From Octopus vulgaris (lineage: Eukaryota): DNA of 64,000 bases. Under the pieces are notes generated by a model, which was not told the origin of the DNA, made no database searches, and was given only the letters and a program-made list of their open reading frames with translations. This document shows positions 53,305-64,000 of the stretch, in pieces (position 1 is the stretch's first letter; each line of letters opens with the position of its first letter). Position numbers and translations under genes: made by a program. The DNA is taken from NCBI GenBank assembly GCA_951406725.2, contig OX597816.1, forward strand, positions 45,632,001 to 45,696,000, in the 5' to 3' direction.

Positions 53305-53503
53305 CCAAACTGGCTCCTGTGCAGGTGGCACATAAAAAGCACCCACTACACTCTCGGAGTGGTTGGCATTAGGAAGGGCATCCAGCTGTAGAAACCTTGT
53401 CAGATCAGATTGGAGCCTGGTGCAGCTTCCCGGTTTGCCAGTCCTCACTCAAACTGTCCAACCCATGCCAGCATGGAAAGCGGACGTTAAACAATGATGA
53501 TGA
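53305..53503 (+). mobile_element. Family A SINE, 3' part
   Basis: Ends ggaaagcggacgttaaacaatgatgatga. Confidence 0.8.
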
Positions 53504-55546
53504 TTATATATATATATAGTTCAAATTTACAGGCAGATGAGGGAACAACAAACGGATGTATTAGTTTGACAACTGGGAAGAATGGAAGTCTTAGACATTT
53601 CGAGCCTATGCTCTTCAACTGAAAGGATTGATGGAGGGGGATATATGTGTGTGTGTGTGTATATATAGTCGTGTACATACTAAAGTTAACTTCAGCGCCA
53701 AATGACTTGGGATTCACTGCCTCATTGCAGACACACCTGGTATCTACTATAGTTGGGTAATGCCATGTAAGTGAAGTCTGGTAATGGAAGTATGTGTGTG
53801 TGTGTCGGTCTGTTCTCATCCATACTTTGTTTTCTTGACTGCATACAAGTTATAAATCAAGCACCACCATTCATAGAAGCAGTGTTGCTTGTTTACAATA
53901 TGAAAGTATGTCTTGGCAATTGGCTGTTTGGTAAACTGAAGGAATTATTACCTAGCATGGAAACAGGTGAAGGTCAGCACAGAAAGAGTACCTGGCCACA
54001 GAAAATTCAACCTCAACGAAACCTCGTCTGACCTATGCAAGCATAGAAAAGTAGAATGTTCAGAGCCAAAACGATGATAAATTTTTGCAGAACGTAGAAT
54101 TAAGTGTTCTATCCAAGGAACTCAAGCATGTAAGATGTGTATTGGTATTCACAAACATGACTTGTGTGCATGGATTATAGAGTCCTGATTATGATGATGA
54201 TGATGACAATGAACAACAAAGAAAAATTCTTATGAAACCTACATTCTGAAAGAAACCGTTCCAAATCAAAAGAAATATTCTTGAATAAGAATATTAAGAA
54301 CAGAAAGATTATTTATTCAACAAAATAAATAAAGTAAATAAAAAAAAATCTAATTAAATAAACAAATATTGCTGTCTGACCCTGTCCTGTCAAACTCCTG
54401 CCCTGGTTTAGCTCTTGAAGAATTAAGTTGGATTCCAAACCGAAAGTTTTGTTTGGTTCATTAAACATTCCATAAGAAGCTTAAAAGCAATATATGTAGA
54501 AACTGTTTAAAATTCAAAGACATTCAAACTAGAAACAGCTCAAATGTCAATTCCATTGGTTCAGTTCTGCTCCAAGTTGAAGTGCATTAATTTTGTTCTC
54601 AGTGCAGACGTATGCACGTCTTCATTACTAAAATTAACAAAACAATGACCAACAAACACCAGTAGGAACTACTAAAGCACTTTAGAATCACAGAGAAAAG
54701 GAAATTGTCTTCTAATGCAGACTTTTATAGAGGGAAAATGAGAAATGGTGTTAAGTTTTATGACATTCTCAAGGGTACTTCACACCAGCTGAGCAATCTG
54801 AATTAGCTTTAAATAGATTTCAATACATAGAGCTTACCTGTTACTTAACAATGCTTATCTGTAAGCACTGTTAAGTAACAGGTGAGATCAGGTATGAAGA
54901 AATAACACTTCTTCCTCCTGACTATACCAGACCAGACAAATTTGTAGATTTTATTAAAAAAAAAAAAATTTTTTAGGAGTGAAAACCAAGCTACAACTTC
55001 ATGCTGCAGTAAAATTTTTGACCCTGAATGTCTTTGTAAAACAAAATTACCAAGTATTACAATGACGAACAATAAAATCACTGTGCTGAAAGGTCATGGC
55101 TGTAAAGCTTTTTAGGCTTATCTGTTATGAACAGGAGGTTCATAACAGATTAGTGGATATTATTTCCTCTGTATAGTGCAACAGTACTGTTGGCTGCAGG
55201 TTTTCAACAGACCAATCACAAATCTAAGAAGGAAAGAGTAACAAGAGGTTGTCTAACTCAGAGCAAAGGTTTTGTTTTTTTTCAAAGAGTAGCAGTTGTC
55301 ATTAATGTTTACATACTTTAATCTTTTTGTTAACCATATTTCTGTTGAAATGTTCTATGCTTCCTTCAATTAATTTTTAAATATAACAAAGAATTTAGTA
55401 AAACAACTTATCATTAAGCTGGTGTTAGGAACATAAATTGCGACTAAGGTTTGGTGGAAGATTTTAATTCAGACCTTTTGAAAACAAGACTTGTGTACTA
55501 CAGAGCCAGATGCAGTTTCAGCCAGACAGGTATCAAAAGGGTTAAA

Positions 55547-55584
<38 letters not shown>

Positions 55585-55585
55585 G

Positions 55586-55619
<34 letters not shown>

Positions 55620-56688
55620 GCACGCATGCACAATGTTGAAGAAGCTAAGCTGAAATCTGAGTACCCAGACTAATATGATTGAGGTATACTAACAGCACAG
55701 ATATCCTATCATTGGTAAAGGTCTGTGGTTTTTCTATGATCTTTTGTAATTAATAACAGTATCTGTGTGGTGGAAGTCAGTTCAGGTCAGAGTACAACAG
55801 TCAGCAACTTGCAACCACAAGTTGGACATTTTATCTCACCCAAGTGGCTTTCTTCATAAGTGTGGCCAGCTTTGAGATAGTGTTTTAAACAGTCCTCAAA
55901 ACAACATTCCTTGTCACACAGATTACTTGGAAACACCCAGCTGAGGTATTATGTAGTTTTTCAACATCATGAATAACATAACTCTACACATGGCTAAGCA
56001 GTCCAGTTTTTGGAAGGCATACATAACCACAGGCCTTGCCATGTACTAACAACTCAGGCACTTTCTCTGAGAATAGTATTACAGCCTTCCATATGTCTCA
56101 CAGCTCATTTCGTATGAACGTAAGCTGTGCACTTGATCTTAAACAGTGCCATTGGCAATCAGACTTCTCTACTGGTCATTTGATGCACGACTTTTGTAGG
56201 TGTTTATGCTAATGCTGATTTTTTTTAGTGCTTTAGTCAGTCTCTTATATCACTTCCTTGGTTTGTATTGCAGATACTTTCGCTGATTCAGCTCACCACA
56301 CAATATCTGTTTTGGTAATCAACTATCTTCCAGGCATGTTGTGTGAGCAAATCATCTAAGCCATTGTTTCAGTATCAGAGACTCTACACTTGACACATGA
56401 GTTTCTTATATTACTTCTGTATTTCCATGTGATTCTCGTAATTAGTAATTAACATTTAATATAACATAACATAATACATAATGAATGCAAAATTCTGTCT
56501 GTCTTTCTGTCCATCTAGAACCCTTGTATCTCAGTCTACATAGATGTATACTTTTTTGGGAATCAAAATGATCCCGGGATTGAAAATCTGCCCTCCATTT
56601 GGTTCTTGAACATCCAGCATTGGGATAAGGACTAGATGAGGTTTTGTTATATACTAACAGTTGAAAAATCAAATTTTAAAAGAACTCA

Positions 56689-56987
56689 ATTCACACACCT
56701 AAAGTTGTTACTGAACAGCACGAGGAACATTCTAGTGAAGTTGAACATCTTATCTGGCCACCACAGTCCCCAGATCTCAATATTATCAAACATTTGTGGT
56801 GCATTATAGAAAATCAAGTAAGGAGTTGGTATCCTCCACCATCATCACTACAAGAACTAGAGACTGCTTTAGCTGAAGAATGGACAAAAATTCCATTGGA
56901 AGCAATTCAAACTTTGTACGAATCCATACCTCGTAGAAATTTTTCTTTGAAATTTTAAGGTGTTTCCATTATTTTGTCCAACCCCTG
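56689..56987 (+). mobile_element. Tc1-family transposon 3' fragment (DDE transposase C-terminus plus right TIR)
   Basis: IHTPKVV...LIWPPQSPDLNIIKHLW...SLQELETALAEEWTKIP...LYESIPRR; ends ttgtccaacccctg followed by TA. Confidence 0.9.
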
Positions 56988-57031
56988 TATATATGCCAAC
57001 ATTGAAGACATGTTAAATGGTGACGGTGTAT

Positions 57032-57076
<45 letters not shown>

Positions 57077-58537
57077 TACAAGTTTCAGTACAATTTCTGT
57101 CTCCCACCAAATTCCATTCACAAGACACAAGTTAACCTGAGCTCACATGAGAGCAAGCACTTGCCCAAGGTGATGCCTAGCAATGGGACTGAGCCCAGAA
57201 CCATATGTTCCAATACAAATTTCTAAAGCAATCGTCAATGCTACCCTAACCTATCTGAAAATAGTTATTACTTCCATTTTGCAACTGAATAAGAGGGATT
57301 TTTTCCTGTTAAGTTGCCACTTTTCAATTTTCTTCAATTTTCATTCCAATTGATTTCATATTTGACATATTGGTGCAGTTTTGTAATCACTGACATGAAA
57401 TCAAAAGCAACTGACATATAGGTGCCTGTTTCCATAGTAACAAGTCAAGCTGTTACCAAGCTGCTTACCATGTGTTCTTGTTGCTTATTAAATGCTTAAA
57501 ATACATTATGTATGAGGTGGTCATGAGATATGCTAAAAATAACAGCTAAATAGGCCTTAAATCACACTCCTTTTTGGAGGTGGGGATTTTGGGGTTTTTG
57601 CATAATCATATGAATTTCCATGTGCTGAATACAAATTTGCAAAAATTTTCTGAAAATTCCAAAAAAATAAAAGAGCTATGAGGGGTTATATGGTGTGTGT
57701 AAAGCAGAATTCTCCCAATATTTCATATTTTTACAGTTGACAACATGTGCTGTCATGCACAAAATGACAGCTTCCAAATCCTGTTTTCTGACTGGGTAAA
57801 AATCCTCAAACTTTAAACCTCAGTAACTTTTTTTTTCTGGAAAAAGTGAATAAGCCCCAGAGAGTTAGCATGGAAAATTACATTAATACACCAAATTTTA
57901 AAATTTTCACTAAACTTTTAAAATTTCCACAGGTGCAGCCAAATAGAAAAGAACCAATAATGGAAAAACGCAGCACTATGAAAACAGTTTAAGGTACCCA
58001 AAGAAACTAATCAATAAATCAGTTTATTACAGATAACATTCTAAAATGATTGATTATCATTAATTTTATAGTCTAACATGCTATGAAGCCAGTCCACAGA
58101 ATAATAGTTTTCAATTGTTTACTAACACCAAGTGAATTGAGAGGAGCAGAGTAGAATAATGTACTTGTCAAAAAAAACTTGACATTATACCTTCACTGGA
58201 TCTGGGCTCACCACCTTAAGATCAGGTAACCAAATGTTTTAGCTAATTGGTGATCTCCTCTCGATTATCTATTGTCTTCAACACTTTTGTTACCATATTT
58301 CTTTTGAATTACATTGGATTTGTTTCAATTACTTTTGAAAATAAAGAATTTGGTAAAATATCTTGGTCATTACTAAGCCGGTAATTGGAACATAAATTAA
58401 CAAGGAATTTTAATGGGAAATTTTAGTTTGTATCATAGAAGTAAGGGTGGTCTTCATCGGGTTGGTATCAAAACAGGTTAGATATAATCACAGTCTCCAC
58501 ACAGTCTATCAATTTGCTAGTGATAGTAGCAAAATCT

Positions 58538-58771
58538 TTAATCTCTTAGCATTTAAACTAGTCGTATCCAGCCCAAATATTCTACATTCACATATTTTAC
58601 ATTCAGACAAGCCAGATTCAGCCTCTCACACTTACCCTACAATGTCATTCTAAAAATAAACAACCACATCATTGAAATCTCAAAGCTACAAGATACTGCA
58701 TGATTTATTTAAATCAATGTGAATAAATAAGTATTACATTTTACAGAATAGTCTGTGTGCTAAAGAGTTAA
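58538..58771. mobile_element. Second piggyBac-type MITE family (copies at 38568-38790, 51460-51915, 60107-60950)
   Basis: ttaatctcttagcatt...tgctaaagagttaa termini; shared body aaagctacaagata..gcatgatt. Confidence 0.7.
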
Positions 58772-58802
58772 GGCTGCTCATTTAAAAAAATATATATATA
58801 TA

Positions 58803-58996
58803 CTCTTTTACTTTTTTACTTGTTTCAGTCATTTGACTGTGGCCATGCTGGAGCATCGTCTTTAGTCGAGCAAATCGAACCAGGACTTATTCTTTGTAAA
58901 CCTAGTACTTATTCTATTGGTCTCTTTTGCCGAACCACTAAGTAACAGGGACATAAACACACCACCATCGGCAGTCAAGCAATGTTGGGGGAACAA

Positions 58997-59045
<49 letters not shown>

Positions 59046-59211
59046 TACGATGGGCTTCTTTTAGTTTCTGTCTACCAAATCCACTCACAAAGCTTTGGTC
59101 CACCCGAGGCTATAGTAGGAGACACCTGCCCTAGGTGCCACGCAGTGGGAATGAACCTGGAACCATGTGCTTGGTAAGCAAGCTCCTTACCACACAGCTA
59201 CCCATGCGCCT
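58803..59211 (-). mobile_element. Family B SINE
   Basis: Full-length homology to the other copies. Confidence 0.85.
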
Positions 59212-60136
59212 ATGAAGAAATAGTTAAATTCGCTCTGTTTATATATCTACATGGATTACACACACACACAAATATGTAAACATACACACGTACATATAAA
59301 CACACACACATTGGGCTACTTTCAGTTTTTACCTACCAGGTTTCTTCACAAAGCTATGGCTACTGCTCAGCGCTATAGCAGAGATCTGCCCATAGTGCCA
59401 CGCAGTGAGATGAAATCCAAGACCACATGATTGGGAAGCAAGCTTCTCAACTGCAACAGCCACACCTGAGTCTTTATTTTAATTTCTGGAAGTAGTACTA
59501 GTAGGGTATGAATATTTTGTTTTTATAACAAAACAAAAAAAAAAAATCAATCATTCTTTCTCTGAAGACACATGACTGAATAGTAACTAGGAACAAAATT
59601 ATAGTTAATAAAATCTTGGGCAAATAATTTATAATAAAAGTGTCAAAAATATATGTGTTTCTGACAAGGTGTGTGTGTTGAAGAAAAGGACCAAATAATC
59701 ACAAATATCCTTAACCCTTTCATTACCGACCCAGCTGAAACCAGCTCTGTCTCTGTGTACAAATGTCTTGTTTTCATAAGTTTTGAATTAAAATCTGTCA
59801 TCAAACCTTAGTCACAATTTACGTTCATAACACTAGCTTAATGATAACTAAGTTATTTTAGTAAATTTTTTTTTATATTTAAAGTAATTGAAAGAAACAC
59901 AAAGTATCTCAAAATAAATACAGTAACAAAAGAGTTAAAAGTATACTCTCTGTCTCTTGCTTCTATTAATAAATTATAGCAACTGAAAAGTTTATTTTTT
60001 ATCATTACAGAGTTGGATGACATTTTTTTTTTTTCAGCAAAGAAAAAAACCAGTTTTCTTAACCACTCTACAAATGATTGCACAAGAATGGCTTAGCGTC
60101 TTTGTTTAATCCTTTAGCATTTAAATTAGCCATATA

Positions 60137-60510
60137 GGTGCAGGAGTGGCTGTGTGGTAAGTAGCTTGCTTACGGACCGCATGGTCCCGGGTTCAGTTCC
60201 ACTGTGTGGCACCTTGGATAAGTGTCTTCTACTATAGCTTTGGGCCGACCAAAGCCTTGTGAGTGGATTTGGTAGACGGAAACTGAGAGAAACCCGTCAT
60301 ATATGTATATATATGGCTGTGTTTGTCCCCCCAACATCGCTTAACAACTGATGCTGGTGTGTTTACGTCCCCGTACCTTAGCAGTTCAGCAAAAGAGACC
60401 AATAGAATAAGTACTAGCCTTACAAAGAATAAGCTCTGGGGTCGATTTGCTCGACTAAAGGCGGTGCACCAGCATGGCCATAGTCAAATGACTATAACAA
60501 GTAAAAGAGT
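60137..60510 (+). mobile_element. Family B SINE nested in a piggyBac-type MITE cluster (60107-60950)
   Basis: ggtgcaggagtggctgtgtggtaag...caagtaaaagagt; the MITE sequence resumes after it. Confidence 0.85.
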
Positions 60511-61446
60511 ATACATGTATACCTTGACCCAAATGTTCTATCTGTTTTATGTTTAAACTGACCAAATCCAGCTTCTCCCACCTAATCTACAATGCCTTTT
60601 TTTAAAATAAACAATCACATCATTGAAATCTTAAAGCTACAAGATAATGCACGATTAATTCAACCGTTTAGCATTTAAACCAATCACATCAGGCCCAAAT
60701 GTTGCATTTTGCTTTATGCTCAAACCAACCAGATCCTGCTTCTTGCATCTACCCTACAATGCCATTCTGAACATAAACAATCACATCATCAAAATTTTGA
60801 AGCTACAAGGTAATGTGAAGCAGGATTGAATCAAAACAATTTGAATATAAACGCATTGCATTTGAAAGAATAATCCAAATGCTAAAGGTTAAAAGAATGT
60901 GGATAAATAAGCTGTACATACGAAAGAGTAATCTGAATGCTAAGGGGCTTAGTAAACTAAAGAACACTGAAGACTAACTGCTTTTAAAAAAGATGGCAAT
61001 GTAGGAGAATTAACAGAAAATATAGTTAGGAATATTTCGTTTTTGGATTTGGTTTGCAAGATTCTTCATGAGTTCGTGTGTTTTAGGAAAATAAAAATAA
61101 GGGATAAGTGGAAATTTTACTGGTGAGTGTGTTAAATAATAAGGCACAAAAAAAGAATGACTCTCCCCAGACACAACAGAATAGTTAAGAATGTTAACAC
61201 AAATGAAACCGAAGAACTCTGATCGAGAGCTTTATGTCCTGATTTCTGTTGGAAATTAACCACTTCAAATGGCCAAGTACTTGACCAGTATTTTATTTTA
61301 TCAATCTTGATATGGTGAAAGGCAATAGTGACTGAACCCAGAATGTAAAAAAACTGGAACTAATACAACAAAGTATTTCGTTGGACTTCTTTATGATTTT
61401 GCCAACCCACAACCTCCCAATGCTTGTTTCTTGGAGTGGCTGTACA

Positions 61447-61880
61447 GGCGTAGGAGTGGCTCTGTGGTAAGTAGCTTGCTAACGAACCACATGGTTCCGG
61501 GTTCAGTCCCGCTGTGTGGCACCTTAGGCAAGTGTCTTCTACTGTAGCCTCGGCCCGACCAAAGCCTTGTGAGTGGATTTGGTAGACGGAAACTGAAAGA
61601 AGCCTGTCACATATATATATGTATGTATGTATGTATGTATGCATGTATGTATTATGTGTGTGTGTATGTTTGTGTGTCTGTGTTTGTCACCTGAACATCG
61701 CTTGACAACCAATGCTGGAGTGTTTACGTCCCCGTAACTTAGCGATTCAGCAAAATAGATCGATAGAATAAGTACTAGGCTTAGAAAGAACAAATCCTGG
61801 GGTCGATTTGCTCGACTAATAGGTGGTGCTCAAGCATGGCCACAGTCAAATGACTGAAACAAGTAAAAGAGTAAAAGAGA
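61447..61880 (+). mobile_element. Family B SINE, followed tail-to-tail by inverted older copies (61888-62412)
   Basis: Full-length plus-strand copy adjacent to minus-strand family B fragments. Confidence 0.85.
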
Positions 61881-63161
61881 ATATACCTTTTTATCTTTTG
61901 CTTGTTTTACTCATTGGATTGTGGTCATGCTGGAGCACCAGTATGAAGGATTTTTGTCAAATGAATCAACCCCATTATTTATTAAGCCCAATATTTATTT
62001 TATCGGTCTCTTTCAACCAAACTGCTAAGATATGGGGACACACACAAACACACATCATATTCTTTTATTCTTTTACTTGTTTCGGTCATTAGACAGCAGC
62101 CATGCTGGAGCACCACCTTGAAGGGTTTTAGTTGAACAAATTGACCCCAAGACTTATTTCTTAAGCTTAGTACTTATTCTATTGGGCTTCTTTGCCAAAC
62201 TACTAAATTACAAGGATGCAAACACACCAACACCGGTGGGGAGGGGGACACAAAGACACACACGCACACAACAGGCTTTTTTCAGTTTCTATCAACTAAA
62301 TCCACTCACAAGTCCTTTGTTGGTTCAAAGGCTTATAGGAGAAGACACTTGCCCAAGGTGCCATGCAATGGAACAGAAACCAAAAACCATGTAGTTAGGA
62401 AGCGAATTCTTATCAAATAGTCTTGAATATGCCTATAAAACATAGGGCACAAAAGCTGAAATTATTTTTGGTGGGAGAGAATGAGGTACGCAAATCAAGC
62501 TCAATGTTTAATGTCTGCTTTATTTTATTAAACCTGGAAGAATGAAAGAGTAACAGAATTAGCTTCGGCAAGATTTGAAACATAGCTAAATTGTGCAAAG
62601 AATTTAAACCATCATTCTATCATTTTTACATTCCCACGATTCACAGCCTGCAGGGATAATAATTAACACCATATCACAAAAAATAAATAAATAAATAAAT
62701 AAATAAACTTATACACTCTCCATTTAATGTGGATTCACATTAAATGCTAAGATACCTAATATCTTAACGAGACATGAAGTGCTAGACTTTTGTAGAGATG
62801 AGATGAGAAGTTGACACACGATGATGATGATGATGATGAATGAATGAAAGGAAAAACAAGATAAAAATACTAAGATAAAAAGAAAATGAAAAGCAAAAAA
62901 AAAAAGAAAGAAAGAACAGAAAATGCAAAATTAATCAATAACAAAATGATAAATAATTGAATGGATGGAAATTAATGAAATTAAGTTAACGAGGCCAAAT
63001 AAATAATTGCTGATATAATTTACCGACTGGGAGCTGAAGACTTTGTTTCTTTACACCAGTTGCATAAAAATGAAGCTACTCATATAACTCCAACATTTAT
63101 ACAGTTGTAACAACAACACTGGTGACACACAACTGTGTCATACAAAAGTAACATTACAATA

Positions 63162-63268
63162 GTGACAGACAACTGTAACACAAGAACAGTGACTGCCAAT
63201 TGTGACACAAGAACGGTGACAGACAATTGTGACACAAGAACGGTGACAGACAATTGTAACACAAGAAT
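63162..63268 (+). repeat. 27-bp tandem repeat, 4 copies
   Basis: Units of gtgacagacaattgtgacacaagaacg. Confidence 0.9.
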
Positions 63269-63345
63269 AATTTTGTATTGTTGGTGATCATTTCTTGTTA
63301 TGAACTAAAGGAACTTGATTAGAGATTGCTATTAGCTTCCTTACA

Positions 63346-63747
63346 TCTTTCTATATATATATAAAGCTGAAGTTGTCTGTGTATGGCAGGTTTGGTAGCC
63401 TTCAACTAACCCTATCTCCTCCGAGACCCTGCGGCGCAAGTTGACCAAAATTGAGAGTATGATAGAAGAAGGATTGTTCTTCCTTCTGTAGAAGAAATTC
63501 AAATCTGACCATGTTAACACCAAAAATTATTTACATCAAAAAGGTGCTTTTTTTTTTCTATGAAAATCCCTATTTTTTACGATTTTTTTTATGTTGTGTC
63601 ACCATTTCTCGGTGTATTTCAACCAGAAAAATGTTCAGTTAAAGAGAATAACAAGCTACATAATGCAAAATTTTTACATTTCTAAAATTCCAATTCTAAA
63701 AGGTTGTAAAGAAAAGAAGCCCGAGCAACGATGGGCTATAATGCTAG
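63346..63747 (+). mobile_element. Non-autonomous Helitron
   Basis: 5' TC after A; 3' hairpin gcccgagcaacgatgggc followed by CTAG then T. Confidence 0.8.
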
Positions 63748-64000
63748 TTATTTTATAAATGTACTCCCATTATTTTACTGCCCTAGTTGCAATACTAAGA
63801 GTTTCTCATTTGAGCACATGGAGGGTGATTTTGAGTAGCGGGGTTAACCAATTAAATTGACTCCATTACTTGACTGGTATTTTACCAATGCAAGAGACCT
63901 GAAATTTTGGGGGATGGGGGTTGGCTGATTACATTAACTCCAATGTGCAACTAGTACTTATTTCACTGACACTGAAAGAGATGAAACACAAAGTCAATCC

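Noticed and set aside
63024-63075. Possible upstream FoxN2/3 exon (..TGVKKQSLQLPV, G|gtaaat, phase 1)
   Set aside because: Weak acceptor without a polypyrimidine tract and no recognisable family motif.
27520-64000. Forkhead DNA-binding domain exons
   Set aside because: Searched by eye for KPPYSF, WKNSVRHNLS and GKGSLW codons and found none; probably outside the window, though a small exon could have been missed.

Overview
AT-rich, microsatellite-dense eukaryotic DNA. The SINE, LINE and MITE families most resemble an octopus (coleoid cephalopod) genome; this is an inference from repeat content. One host gene is supported, the 3' half of a minus-strand FoxN2/3 (CHES1/FOXN3-like) forkhead transcription factor. 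Four phase-compatible GT-AG coding exons were assembled by hand: 27519-27469, 23812-23756, 15524-15449 and 13054-11944. The forkhead domain itself was not found and probably lies beyond position 64000. Roughly 1-11.9 kb looks like a long 3' UTR or downstream region, and the rest is intron filled with tRNA/CORE-like SINEs, RTE and R4/Dong LINE relics, Tc1/mariner, pogo and piggyBac MITEs, and Helitrons. Nearly all ORFs in the supplied track are microsatellite or repeat artefacts. The most interesting signals are: (1) a palindromic (TA)n-inserted element with back-to-back minimal hammerhead-ribozyme-like motifs; (2) a sister copy whose ribozyme core is replaced by sequence matching an exact 24-mer about 880 bp away; (3) a cluster of long fold-backs at 28.6-31.0 kb, two of them with strongly G-U-biased mismatches; (4) a SINE with a ~165 bp target-site duplication; (5) a repeat-built C-terminal extension of FoxN2/3.
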